Positions 32,370 to 45,814 of a stretch of 64,000 nt of DNA are shown piece after piece. The notes under the pieces are model-generated. The model did no database searches and was not told the origin of the DNA. It was given only the letters and a program-made list of their open reading frames with translations. How positions within the stretch are numbered: position 1 is the first letter of the stretch; every line of letters begins with the position of its first letter. Origin of the DNA: Azolla caroliniana. Lineage: Eukaryota > Plantae > Polypodiophyta. Location: contig JBHGNT010000003.1 in the NCBI GenBank assembly GCA_043228905.1, positions 20,832,001-20,896,000 on the forward strand, in the 5' to 3' direction. Both the position numbers and the translations under genes were made by a program.

Positions 32370-34206
32370 ACGTCTTGAATATGCTGTACAAGTTCGGCAT
32401 GACAGAATGCCGACCTGTCTCCGCACCCTTGGACCGGAACCAAAAGCTTCGTCTCAACTCCGGACCGGCCTGCAACGAGCAACGATTCCGACAAATTGTT
32501 AGAAGCCTTATTTACTTGACTATCACGCGACCCGACATCAACTATCCGATCGGAATGATAAGTCAGTTCATGCAGAAGCCGACCGTGGAGCACCATGAGT
32601 GCGCGCAACGGATACTGCGATATGTAAGCGACACAAAGGACCGGGGACTGTTATACCGGCGAGGTATAACCGAAGAGCTAGTCGGTTACACGAATGCCGA
32701 CTGGGTTGGCGATGCGTCGAATCGCAGATCCACTTCCGGTTTTATGTTTTCCCTTGGGAGCGCAGCTGTTGCGTGAAGTAGCAAAAAGCAGCTCACAGTT
32801 GCTCTGTCGAGCACTGAGGATGAGTATCGGGGCGCTACCAGTGCCACCTGTGAAGCCATTTGGTTTCGGCGACTGCTGCAAGACCTACGTATCGAGGTAC
32901 CGACCCCAATTTCGGTCTACTGCGACAACATAAGCAGCATGCAACTCGCCAAGAACCCCGTATTCCATGCTCGCACAAAGCACATAGAAGTGCACTATCA
33001 CTTCGTGCGTGAGCGTGTCCTGAGTGGTGAGGTTGAACTTCGGTATGTTCACACGGATCGGCAAGTTGCCGACATCTTCACCAAACCACTCGAATCGGAC
33101 AAGTTGCAACACTTCACCGAAATGCTTGGTGTTCAGCATCTCAACGTGCCACACTTGAGGGGGAGAACGGGCAAAGACACCGGAACGGGCAAAGGCAAAG
33201 AGACTGCCGATTGCGCCGGTGAGGGAAGAACCAACGAAGGGAGAGTCAAGAAGAAGAAAGGAGCCGAGTCGACAAGGGAAGTCGACATGTCCAAACAAGT
33301 CAGAACAAGCGGCAACGGCGGTAGAGTCAAGAAGGATAGACCCGACCGAAGGAAGAAGGCCAAGACCCAGACATGGTCCGATGTGGTGAAGGGCTTGGAA
33401 CCAGAAGACGAATTGGGAGCAACCGATTCGGACAAAAGCTGGAACGAATCGGAGACAGTCGATTCGATTCAACAGACAGATTCGGAAGAACCGGATCAAT
33501 TCAAGGCCAAGAGGACAAGAAGGTAGCAAAAGTTGATGCCAACATGAAGGAATCGGCGAACCGGAACGCGCCGAAGTCACAGCAGCAAGGGAGCTGAATT
33601 GGGCTTGTTGAGCAGACAAGCTGACCGAGGAGGTCGACGTGTGCAAAACAAGAGGGGTCGCGGCAAACAGAACCGGACCGGACGAGGAGTGCGAGCAAGG
33701 CGGAGCGACGCCAAGAGAAGTCGGTTGGAAGAACTGACTGCCACAAAGGCTGACACTAGGATCCAACCTCAAGTTGAGCTTGAGGGGGAGTGTTGAGCGC
33801 CAAGCTCAACTAGAGCTGGATCGACTGAATAAGCCTGAGCCGGCAAGCGAGACAGATCGGTAAGCCGTGAGCAACCGAGCCGGCAAGCAACACAGCCGGT
33901 GAGCTGGGGAGCCAGTTAGCCGGATCCAATCGGTAACCGGAAGCCTAGTATTAGTTTAGACTACTAGGCAATTATAGTCTCATAGTAAGTGTCAGAAGCT
34001 CGTGTGAGCATTGAAGTACGCGGTACTTCTGTAAGTCCCATGAGGACTTGTATAAATAGTGCTACTGAGCACAGTTGTAAGATATAGAGTGATTATATCG
34101 TTTTGAATATATTTTTTATCTTCTGCTCTCTCTCTGTCTCTCCCGTGTACTCTGTGTATTCCCCACTTTCTCTGTTTTCTAACGCTTTCGCAAGTAATCC
34201 TTAACA
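32370..34206 (+). mobile_element. Copia F 3' part (RT end, RNase H, extension, 3' LTR 33791-34206)
   Basis: SLIYLTITRPDI, YTNADW...RRSTSG, KNPVFHARTKHIEVHYHFVRE. PPT GAGGGGGAG then TGTTG...TAACA. Confidence 0.9.
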
Positions 34207-35093
34207 GGCACTGTCCTTCACTGCTACAAACCAAAGAGGAATTACGCGTTGATTTATGTTTTTGGGGTTAGACGATGTTTTGACTAGCGACCACTAATCT
34301 CTTGTACCTCACTGCTTCGCTGAATTTCTTTGATGGCTATCATCCAAGGTTGAACAAGAATAGAAGGTACATAACTCCGATCATTGGATGGTGGTAGATC
34401 TTGAAACGCAGTTTAACATTCTAAATTTCCACTCGTAGCAAAGATTGGGGCATTGCCTTTTGGGATGAGCTCCAATGAGCCGTGGACTAACAACATGCAA
34501 TTGCTTCTTTTTACACTGTTCAAGCGGAAGATATAAGCATTCATGGTTTCATATAAATGTCTGATCGCTTGTCCGATTCAGCAAGTTTTGTCACGTTGTT
34601 ATTTGGTGCAAAGACAATGGGTGATGAGTGTTTTGCATGGATTCACACAGGATCAACCCGAAACCAGAGATGGAGATCGTGTTTTCCTATAATTCTGAGA
34701 TATTGGGGTTTGGGGGGGGGGGCGGGGGGGGCATCATAATTGGGATACAACGCAATGCAGCTAGCTAGCTTGGATTCGATGGTAACAACTGACATCGAGA
34801 CCCGAAGAGAAGAGCATATCGAGGGAACTCTTTTTTCGCCGGATTGTGGCCGGGGGGGGAATCTTTCGCGGGGCAGAGTGCTGTTGACTAAAAGGCGATT
34901 AAACATTTGAGCGAATCAGTAACCGCGAAATATATACATATGTAGTAGCTAGGTGACATGCGCTAACTCAAGTATCTCCTACCATTTCTGGCGCGGTGAT
35001 TTTTTAACACAGCACATTGATATGGTAAGAAGAAGAAGAAGAAGCTACCAATCAATCTATGATGGCTATGGACAAATGTATGGACAAACCCAC

Positions 35094-35137
<44 letters not shown>
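35094..35137 (+). repeat. (CAT)n microsatellite upstream of the thioredoxin ATG
   Basis: About 14 CAT units. Confidence 0.95.
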
Positions 35138-35184
35138 CTACATACATACATACTTTAACAGAGTTCATTCCTGAGATCCTGGCT

Positions 35185-35428
35185 ATGGCGATGGAAGTTC
35201 TCCATTATCCCCCTTCTGCGAACTTCCCTCCCCCCCCATATGGCTCCGCCACCACCACTTGTTGCATCCTCCCTCCCTCCAAGGTTTCTTTCACCAGATC
35301 GCTCAGCTTGGGCAGATCAATTCTTTCTTCTTCTTCTTCGAAATTCCCTGGTCCCAGGACGTCTTTTGTGCGTCGCAACGCTTCCAGGTCAATCGTCTGC
35401 GAGCAGAAGCAGGAAACCCTTTCCGTAG
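35185..35428 (+). CDS. TRXM: Thioredoxin m, exon 1 (plastid transit peptide)
   Basis: Ser/Pro/Arg-rich peptide ending IVCEQKQETLSV. Donor G|GTATGT is phase 1 and compatible with exon 2. Confidence 0.85.
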
Positions 35429-36754
35429 GTATGTCTTCCTTTCTCCTTGCGATCCGAAGCCTTCCTTCCCGTGGTTTTCTCGGAAATGCCTGCGATGATG
35501 TAGAAGATGTGGATGTGATGAAAGTACAGAAAAAATGCGTTTGATTATGTGAAGGAAGTAGAGGAATGAAAGAACACGTTTTGATGATGCGAAAAACGAA
35601 AAGAAAGTTCTTAGCTTTGTTTTCTGTTTGTTGGCTTTCTTGAAAACCCCTGTGATGTTCATGACAAGAAAGAAGCAGATGATGATTTGAAAGACAAACG
35701 AGGTCCATCTGATGATGTGAAAAGAGAAATGTCATCGCGGAAGCAAAGTACATTGTTTATGTGAAAACCATCAGCTCAGCCCAGGAAATTTGTTGATCTG
35801 AAGTTTTGAATTAGTATTTGTTATGTAACATTATGAATAAAATATCCTTATGTCATCAAGAATGGCATTTCCTTGAGGAACACGAGAAGCTGTGACTGAA
35901 GCTATACAAACATAGCGTTAATTCTTTAAAAGTTTCAGACCAGCTCAGTTGAGCTGTTGATATAATGTCTTCAAGGGTATATTCAGTGTGTGGAAGGGCG
36001 ATCAATGGATTCCAAGATCTCAAATCAATCAAGAAGTTTTGGCTCTTTTCTTGAGCAATTTTAGAGACTGTGAGTGAAGTTTATGATCACTCGTGAAGTT
36101 GATGGTTTGGGGCTGTGAATGGTAATGAGCAAACAGATGATCAATGGATCCCAAGATCTGAACTTATCTTTGCCTAAACTAGGTTTGCACTATCCTAACA
36201 ATGTTCTCACCAAAGCTTTCATAGGATACATATTTAAGTGTAACAAACACTACCTGAGAGGTGTGACTAATGAATCGTTCCACATCAACATTGATTTCCA
36301 TCAAAGCGTGGGCCATATCAGTAACACACTTTTTCTGTGGCAATTAGTTTTATGCCAGTCATCATGGATTTCCATCTGGGCAGAAACCAATGATTTTGTG
36401 TCACGACAAACTGGAACTTTTTTTTGTCAATGATGATTGTGGATCACGTCATCAAGATAATAGTTATTACAAGGCATGAATTTGTGTCACCCTAGTGTGA
36501 ATTTCTGTCTTGATGACATAATGATTTGTGCCACATCAGTATGAATTCCAATCTAGGCAGTCAATCAAATCCTAGGATTTCTATCCAGTTTTTCATATGA
36601 ATTCCAATATTTGACCTTTCAATCCAGTTTTTCTCAACCATTGTTTTGGGAAACGACTATCCCTAATCTTGTCTGTCCTGGCATCTTAGATAGGTCGGAG
36701 GTGGATATGTTTTTCAATCCATAACTGGAGATAGACCATCAATAGGGATGGGTA

Positions 36755-37253
36755 TAACAATCGGCAACAGTTCAGTTCGGATTGGTTCAGTTTGAGAGTG
36801 TCATAACTGAGCCGTTAAATTTTTTTGAAACTTGAACCGAACCGAATCAAACCATGAAACCATTTGAACCAAAACCGTTTAAACCGAACAGTTAAAAAAG
36901 ATTCCAAACCGTTAAACCTTTAAAACTGTGGTTTTGTGGTTCGGTTTCGGTTTTCAACTTAGGTCAAAATTCAAATTAAAATTTTTTCATTATCTTAAAT
37001 TTTAATTTTTCAAAATTTTAAAGATTTTTCTAAAATGTGAGAATTAGGCTTAAAAGTGAAAAGATTATTTTAAAAAATAAAAAAACCGTTAGACTGTTTA
37101 AACCGTGGTTTCTAACCGTTGAAACTGAACTGAACTGTTCACTCCCATACTGAACTGAACTGTTAAAAGAAAACTTGAACCTGAACGAACCGAACCGTTT
37201 AAACCATTAATCCATTAAACTGCGGTTTCGCGGTTCGGTGTTGCCGACTGTTA
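36755..37253. mobile_element. Non-autonomous hAT-type element in the TRXM intron
   Basis: TIR TAACAATCGGCAACA / TGTTGCCGACTGTTA, 8-bp TSD GATGGGTA/GATAGGTA, subterminal AACCG repeats. Confidence 0.85.
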
Positions 37254-39512
37254 GATAGGTAAGTACACAAATTTAAGTAATCCTTTTCTCCAACATGGGA
37301 TGCTAGGAAACATGTTTAGAGGGACATCACCCATATGTAATCGAAATCCTCACATGTTTTCCATGATTTAGTGAAACAATCCTTCTGGACGAGTTTACAT
37401 ACCTGTAAAGTATGGGCTTTTGAGGCTTCTTCCAGAGAATATTTAAAAAAAAAAGAATACGGAACTTTCTTTTTATTGTTCATTTGCAAACTCTGCACGA
37501 ATTCCCTAGTAGTGGAAGAGGTCTATGCCTGCTCTTCCCCCTTATGCCCTGAATGTCAAATATGCCATAATACCCAGGAAAAAGAGCTATGACTCCCAAA
37601 GGCAAAGAAACCTCAGAAACTTTGTCTCAATTTAGACTGCCACTGGCATCTCAAATTTGGTCTCAGTTCAAACAAACCTGATTTGTTCTCTAGAAGAGAC
37701 AGAATTTGAAGATGTAATCTCAGAACCTTGGGTCTCAGTTCAAAAAAATCTGGTATGTTGCCTATAGGACATTTTGGGGCCTCAAAAATATATCTTTCTT
37801 TATTTCTTTTTATATGCCCTTGTCCATATATCCAGGACATAGGTATGTCCAGTTTTTCTCTTGTGTTTAAGCCTATGATATTGCAGCCATGGCAGATGGG
37901 AGGAAGCCAAAGGCCAAATGTCTGTGATAGTGGTTTGTTTGATGATGAACTGTTAGACAGGTCCAAAATTGACCCTGGTTAAAGTACCCTTGGAATCTAG
38001 AAAAATCTAGTTCCTATGTTGCAATACCAGAGGATGGATTTTGGTCAAGTCCTGGTGATAAGAGGGGGTTGTAAAGCATTGTTGGAAGGACAAGGACATG
38101 TGCACCAATATCTCAGAAAGATGGTTGGTATCAACAGGCTTGAGGACAATGTGAAGGAATTCGAATGGGAAGAAGAAGGAAGAGTTTAAAGGATCTGTTA
38201 CTTTTGCTTGGCATGGGGCATATGCATATCTAGAACTCTTTGAGGACTACAGCTTCTCAAGCAATTGGGAAGGTTTTTTTAGTATGGCAGGCTTGACATG
38301 GGTACATCAGGTCTCAACATTGGCCGTGTATGTTTAAGTGATTGAAGCAAGCTTTAGAAATTCTTCTCCAAGGTTGAGAAGGTTGCTACAGTTGTTTGAT
38401 GCAAGGGATTTCATGGAGTGGTTGATTTAGATTTCTTCACACAGGAAACTGGTTCTATTGTGAGGAGTCTGGATAGTTTTTGGATTCAACCAATTAAAAG
38501 TTATCTGCAGACGCGATGCAGATGATATGGTACCCCCAAGTAATTCTAGATGATGATCGAAAGTCTGGGCAAAATGAATTATCGGGAAAAAGGGACGCAT
38601 TCACGGTTGGTACTAAACAATAATAAATCTCATGGATTACTTTTTACATACCGAATGTGAGAGAGGTGTCAATATTTTCTGTGGCTGCCAATTTTTACAT
38701 TCATGGCAAAAATTGTATATGACATTCAGAATCTTTAGACATGTTTGTCTTGAAGTTCATAGTGTTTCCATTCTTCAGCAATACGGGAAACACGTATTGT
38801 TATATGGAAGTTTGATACAGACCTTTCAAATTTTCACACTTGGCCCCTTTAAACACCTGGATATATGCTATACATGACCCACATTTGTTTATGGGCATGA
38901 ATGAAAACATTTTTCATACTCTAGGAAATGTTTAAAAATAGAAATTTGTTTCCACTTTTTCTCAAGTCAGATTTTTTTAAGATAGGCCAAACTAAAGAAG
39001 CAATAATGTTGAGATTCTTTAGGCAGGTTTAAATCGATTGTCAGAGCTAATTTAAGTCAGATTCATCACATATCTCTATGTTTTAGGGGGTTCACTTATG
39101 ACAGCATGGATGGAAGTTTTTGGGGGATCTTAACGTAGTTTTCCATACTCCCAGACAATTATATGTTTTCTGTGTAGTTCACATATAAGAAAACTATGGC
39201 GGATGAAGTTTATGTTGCTGATCATCAATGAGGGTATTATGTTAGTGATGTATCAATGAAGATTATATCAGTGACTTGTCAATGTGATGTTCACGTCACT
39301 GATTTGTCAACGAGCTGACATCTTATTGATTTTTCAATGAGATAATTATGTTGCTGATTTGTGGATGTGGCAAATAGGGTTCTGATTTGTCAATGAATGG
39401 TTTGTGTATGAGAAGATTATGTTACTGATGTGTCAATGAAAACTATGTTTCAACCTCCAACTTGTTTGTTGTATGTAATGATAATGTATTGTTCCATTCT
39501 TTTTTTTACCAG

Positions 39513-39829
39513 CTAGCGAAGTGACTGACAAGACATGGAAAGAGCTGGTGCTAGATAGTAACCTTCCCGTGCTTGTCGACTTTTGGGCTCCATGGTGTGG
39601 TCCATGCCGAATGATTGCCCCTCTAGTTGATGACCTTGCCCGAGAGTATGCTGGACGAGTTAAATTCTTTAAGATAAATACTGATGAAAGCCCCAATACT
39701 GCCACAGAATATGGTGTCCGCAGCATTCCTACTGTGATGATATTTAAACAAGGAATAAAAAAAGATAGCATCATTGGAGCTGTTCCCAAGGCAGCATTGA
39801 TAACTGCAATTGAGAAGTTTTTAGATTGA
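39513..39829 (+). CDS. TRXM: Thioredoxin m, exon 2 (Trx domain); spliced product 186 aa
   Basis: Polypyrimidine tract plus CAG acceptor. [19 protein letters not shown]...NTDESP...YGVRSIPTV...IIGAVPK is typical of m-type thioredoxin. Confidence 0.95.
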
Positions 39830-41363
39830 TCAGAAATATTTGGATTTATCGAGAAGTTTATTGACTTATCCATCAGTGTTTAGAATTATTGAGCAGTTCT
39901 TAGACTTGTCAAGAAGGTTTTAGACAGATGACACTGTGACGTTAGTCTGGTTTCATCTTGTTTATGGGACGAAGCTCGTCATATAGAGAGAGTTCCAAGA
40001 CTTCGGCTATATGTGTATTTTGTATTGTTGTTTGTTGTTTTGCATGTCCATATTGTTAGAAAAGCTAGAGATCAAATGAGGAACCAAGATGTCATGTGAA
40101 GATCAACAAATGCACCATACAAACATTGTATGCTTAATGACTTATGATTGCTTTTTGGCCGAGTCACCATCTTCCTTAATAAAGCTTACTGCTGATCCAC
40201 CTCATGCAGTATTATCATATAATTTAATGGTATATTAGTTAGTGTGTGGTATAGAATTTCAGTATTTTACAATCTGTTTCACTTACAAGGTCTGGAATCT
40301 GGATATAATTTATAATCAGATTTTTCCAGGTGAGCTAGCTGGAGATTCACTCAGTAGTGACTACAATTTCATGATTAAAGGTCACAAGTCACGGTCCCTC
40401 GTTAAGTTCTAGGTCAATTGATTAGTAGCAGCATTCAATTCTTGTCCACGCCAAACTTATATATGCTTTAATATAATAGGATACGTCATCATGTTATTGT
40501 TGGATAAGTAAATTTCTACAATCAGATATATAACTTCCAAACAATTGAGTGTTAAATATCCATTTTAAAATGTAAGAAGCTTAAGACCTAGTATGTGTCC
40601 TTTTGAGGGGATACTGTAGGTCGGATAATAAAAGTGCACATAGGATTTGCAATCCTAAATATAAACCTCGAATGGATTAGCATGCCAAGAAATTGCCTTA
40701 CCAAATGATTTAGTAAAAGCTTCAATATTACATGCACCATTAAATCATAGAATGCTGTATGCTGAATCCCAATGTTATCAGCATTATTCTAAGGAGTTTT
40801 CCTTGCAAGTTAAATCATTCAGAAGTTCTCACCTAATAGGTGGTCTAATCCATCTAATGCTTGTGAATGTGAAACACTTATTAGTAATGGCACAAATTTG
40901 TTTTTGACAAGACCAATGTGGTTTTGAGGAAAAAAAGCAGTCAATGCTGTCTACCTAGTATGTTATTTATCGACCTAGAGCTATAAATCATTTAAACTTT
41001 TAGAGTGACGTAAGAACAACATGGTTTTGAACAAAAAAAACCTTCAATGCATTTTACCTATTATGTTATTTAGGGATCCAGAGCTATAAATCATTTAAAC
41101 TTAAAGCAAAAGCATATTATTTTAAGGACTCTTTGATACCCTTATGTTTCCAAAATCTCAAAATATTCTTCCTCACTAACTTAGACACAGTCTCTTGCTC
41201 TAGACATGAATCTTTATAGCTCGGTGTTAGAGGGATACTCTTGTAAATAGGTCTTGACTCAATTCGTGGTTGAATGCCAGTCTTGCAAACTGAAGTTCAA
41301 ATTTGATGGGGATGAATCTCATAGAAGCATGTGAGGGTTCCTCGTTGGAGACAAATATTGATC

Positions 41364-41628
41364 GAGGTAGTCATAGGAGGATGTGAGCTTTTTTACCATT
41401 CAAATTGCCAATGTAAATTCTCGAGCTAGCTGTTGTTAATCTTCCACAATTGAGGTAGTCATAAGAGCCTGTGGGTTTTTTTACCATTCAAATTGCCAAT
41501 GTAAAGTCTCAAGCTCACCATTGTTAATCTTCCACGATTGAGGTACTTATATGAGCATGTGGGATTTCCTATCATTCAAATGGCCAATGTAAAGTCTCAC
41601 GCGCACCGTTGTTATTCTTCTACAATTG
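41364..41628 (+). repeat. Three tandem ~88-bp units (further degenerate copies at ~41780 and ~41980)
   Basis: GAGGTAGTCATA...TACCATTCAAATTGCCAATGTAAAGTCTC...TTGTTAATCTTCCACAATT. Confidence 0.85.
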
Positions 41629-41690
41629 TGATGTTTTCCAAATTGTTAATTTTGTCTTATTCATTCTTTATAGTTTGTTGGTTTAAGCAT

Positions 41691-41762
41691 GTCTTTATAG
41701 CTGAAGGGTAGAGCGCTAGTCTTGTAAACTGAAGGTCTAAAGCACAATCCTTAATACAGGCA
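41691..41762 (+). pseudogene. tRNA-Thr(UGU)-like pseudogene
   Basis: 72-nt cloverleaf-like GTCTTTA TA GCTG AAGGGTA GAGC G CTAGT CTTGTAA ACTGA AGGTC...TACAGGC A. T-loop is degenerate and stems have mismatches. Confidence 0.7.
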
Positions 41763-44700
41763 AAAATGGTTTAAGGTAGAGGTAAGAGCATATAAGATTT
41801 TCTATCATTCAAATGACCAATGTAAAGTCTAGAGGTCACCGTTTTTGTTTTGGTTCACTCTTCATATTCTTGAACATGTAAGTCTTGTTGTCATGATTAC
41901 CATCAGAATAAGATTCTTGGAGGATCGAAAGAAAATAGATCCATTTTCTTCCAAAGTATTTAGTACCCCCAAAAGCCATATTAGAGTTTTCTACCATTCA
42001 AATGACCAATGCGAAGTCGTGAATTCATCATCGTTATTCCATTATAACTCTTTTGGACATTTTTTCTGAACATATATATGAGCCTTATAACTTAGTGGTA
42101 GAATGTAAGTCTTGTATGAGCCTTTATTGCTGGCATAAAAGGCCGACTCCTTCCACTTTGTATCCATAGTGTGAACACGTCCTCTAGCTAGGGCTTGAGT
42201 ATATAAGCTCTAACCTAACATTGTAAAGATGATCTCGGCGTCTAAGAGTTACAGAGAAAGATAATAAGAACTTCCATTTAAGATTTGAAGTTCCGTCCAT
42301 TTTCTGTCTCTCTTCTTGTTTCATATCTGTGTTGTTTGATGCACATCTTACTGTAGGTCATCCTCATCCTCCTCCTCCTCATCATCTTCTGCCCACCACC
42401 ATATCATCAAGTGGTATCAGAGCGACCTTGTTGTTCAGAAGTAACGAAGAGTAGAGAAGATTGAGAAGTGAAGTTATCCTACTAAGAGAGAAGACCATGC
42501 CAACAACATCTACTTCTAGTAAAAGAATGACGACAGTCCAGCACAAGACTTGTGGAAATCTAGAAGTTCAATGGGAAGAAATTTGCCCTTTGGAAGGAAA
42601 TGATGCAGGATGTACTCATCATCCGACGACAAGTTGAAGCTATTCGGCACACTACCAAGCCAGTTTCAATATCTATTGAAGAGTGGAGATCCATAGACGA
42701 AATCGCACACTCCACCATTCAAATGCACTTGGCTGAAAACGTCAATTTTAGTATGACAAAGGAGATGACTACATTCTCTTTATGAGAGAAATTACAGGTG
42801 GTGTACGAGAAGAAATCCTCCTCATCAAAGTTGATATTGATTCGACAACTATTCAACATGAAGATAAGAGAGACAGATTCAACAAACTCCCACATTAACA
42901 CACTCCGTCAGGTGTTATCTGAACTCTCCTCCCAAGGATTAACTTTGAAGAAGAAGTTAAAGCCCTTGCCCTCCTTTCGAGCTTGCCGACGAGTTGGGAG
43001 GTATTTTGCACGACCTTTGCCAATAATTGTCCGAATCTAAATCTAGATGAGACGATCGGACAAGTCCTCATTGAGGAAATTCGACGAAAATCAATGGAAC
43101 TTACCATCGATGAGTCAACAGAAGCTCACCACTCAATCGAGTCGATCGAGCCATCCAATCGATAAAGAGAACAAGTCGGAAGAACCGGTCAGAGCACCAG
43201 TCGACCAAGAAAGAGGGGAGACCGACAACAATCGAAGTCGAGGAATAGTCGATCAAGTGTTTTCTGCACTCATTGCAGAAAAAATGGTCACAATATTTTC
43301 GATCGTTGGTCGATCAAGAGAAAAGAGAGTGGTTAACGATTCGAGCAGATTCACTCGGGACGATCCAACTCAAATTGTTCTCCAGACGACAATCAAATCA
43401 ACATTGCCGACTCCTAATCAGGAGAAATCCTCTCTCTAGAGGACTCGATGATCGGAGAAGTCCTATACAATGCGCAAGATACACAAATGTGGCTATTGGA
43501 TTACGGTGCCATGTTTCACATGACCCCGAACATCGAATGGTTTTCGAACTATTCGGTCGGCGCCAGTGGCAGAGTCCGACTAAGCACGCAGGAGTGCAGA
43601 ATCGCAGGGATCGGAGAGTTCCCCATCCAATTGCCAAACGACAATATTATCACCCTGCACCAAGTCCAACATGTACCCGCGTTGAAAAGGAGTCTGGTCT
43701 CCATCAGCATGGTAGCCGAACCTGGGTACAGAACGACTCTCAATGAGTCATCATGAATGATTAGCCGAGGAAATCTGAAGATCGGGAATGGATACAAGTA
43801 CAATACCTTGTACCCATTGTCTAGAAGGGGAAGTGAACATAGCCGAATCACGAGACTCAAACCTATGGCATGGTCGACTAGGCCATATGTCACAAGTCGG
43901 ACTAGATCGGTTGATGGAGAATGTGTACATCCCGAAGCTCCAGACAAAGACAAACTTCTGTGAGCATTGTCGTTACGGGAAATAGACCCGAAGTCCGCAC
44001 TCTCTCCATTGCGAGATGATACAACATCCCTTAGAATTGGTTCACACACACACATATATATATATGTGGACCGATGCCTTAAAGGTCTCTAGCCTAAGGA
44101 GGTTCCCGACACTTCATCACATTTGTAGATGACTATACACAGAAGGCCTGGGCCTACTCGATTAGGTCGAAAGACGAAGTGTTCGAGGTTTTTACTCGGT
44201 GGATAATTGAAGTGGAGAATCGGTCAAGATAAAGAGTGAATATAGTCCGATTCGACAATGGAGGTGAATACACCTCTCGAGCCTTCAAACAGTACATGTC
44301 CGACAAAGGGATCTGGTACCAAAAGTTCATTCCCTTCACACCCATGCAGAATGAAGTGGCGGAATGGATCAACCAGATGATCCAGGAGAGGGTGACAGTA
44401 ATGCTTCAACCACTGCAGACTAAAGCTAGAATTCTGGGCCGAAGCATTACAGGCGACAGTCTACATGATAAATCTATCACTATCAAAAGCAATCAGGCTT
44501 GAAAGTGCCTCAAGCCCTATGGTCAGGCAAAGAGCCAACCTATGACAAACTTCATATATTTGGATGCGAAGCCTATGCATTCATCCATAGGGAGAAAAGG
44601 ACCAAGTTGGCACCCTATGCAACTAAGTGCATATTCCTCAGTTATGGAACCAATGCGGAATTCGGCTACAGGCTATGGGATCTAGAGTATCGGAAATTGA

Positions 44701-44781
44701 TCCGGAGTAGTGACATAGTCTTCAATGAAGACTGAATTCTCTTTGACAGAACCAATCGAAAACGGTCGGCAAAAAGGTTTC

Positions 44782-45688
44782 TATTGAGAATCAAGCTCAA
44801 CCTAGTCTAGTGTGTGAACACACCTTTAAGAATCTAAGAGCACTCAAAGGTCAAATGTCACCACTACTCTCTACACTATGTGTCATAGAATCATATTCTA
44901 TGAGACATAACTAATGAGTTCCATATTTCCCATGACTAATGAGTCTCCACATTCCCCAAGAGAGTGGGCGTTATTAGTAATGGGCATGGTTCGGTTCGGT
45001 TTCAAGGGAAAGAAACCAAACCGATTCGTTTATATAAAACAAAAACCAAACCAAACCGTTTAGGGGAAGGTTGAAACCAAACTGAACCGTTTAACAAAAA
45101 ATATAAACTTAACCATTTTAATCAAACTAAGTAAAACATCTAAATAAACAAAAATACATTAAATTAAATAAGCATTTAAGTTAAATTTATTAAATCAATA
45201 AAAGAAACTTTAATTGAACCATTAAATTAAATAAACATTTAAGGTAAATTAATTAAATCAATAAAAAACCATTAATTAAACCATTAAATTATTAAAATAT
45301 TAAGGTAAAAAAAACATTAACCAAAAACCTATAAACCTTTAAACCAAACCTATAAACCCAAGTTTTAGAACCGAACCAAACCGAAACCGAACCGTTTATA
45401 AAAAATCCAAACCAAACCAAACCAAACCGTTATTTTTTATTTGGAACCAATAAACCATTAAACCATGGCTTAACGATTCGGTTCGGTTTGAGCTGAAACC
45501 ATGGGCCCCATTGCTAGGCATTATAGTGAGTTAATGAAGAGAGAGGTTGACCTTATATAAAGCACCCTCCTCCTACTTCATAAAGTGTCGGTTGTCCTCC
45601 ATTATTCTCCATGTTAATATACATCTTCTTCTTGAGTACTTCATTTCTCTTATCTATCTTGTGTCTCTCTTTTCTTCTCTCCTCTCCG

Positions 45689-45770
<82 letters not shown>

Positions 45771-45814
45771 CACACATATCTTCCGTTACACAGAATCATA
45801 TCCACTTTTTAACA
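44782..45814 (+). mobile_element. Copia-type solo LTR inside G
   Basis: Starts TATTGAGAATCAAGCTCAAC (compare H and F LTR starts), ends TTAACA. TSD GTTTC/ATTTC; G frame KKVSFKIV is restored on removal. Contains (CT)n(CA)n. Confidence 0.78.
44975..45516. mobile_element. Non-autonomous hAT-type element
   Basis: TIR TAGTAATGGG / CCCATTGCTA, 8-bp TSD GGCGTTAT/GGCATTAT, AACCG/AACCA subterminal repeats. Confidence 0.85.

Noticed and set aside
32885-33772. 295-aa antisense ORF in Copia F
   Set aside because: Mirror of a purine-rich sense strand with no motif support.
34300-34906. Divergent gene upstream of TRXM
   Set aside because: Only short ORFs with stops, and no recognisable domain or splice pattern.
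34953-35184. Poly-His, poly-Asp or poly-Ile proteins
   Set aside because: Translations of the (CAT)n microsatellite.
37300-38560. LINE or gene remnant in the TRXM intron
   Set aside because: Could not identify any diagnostic motif by eye.
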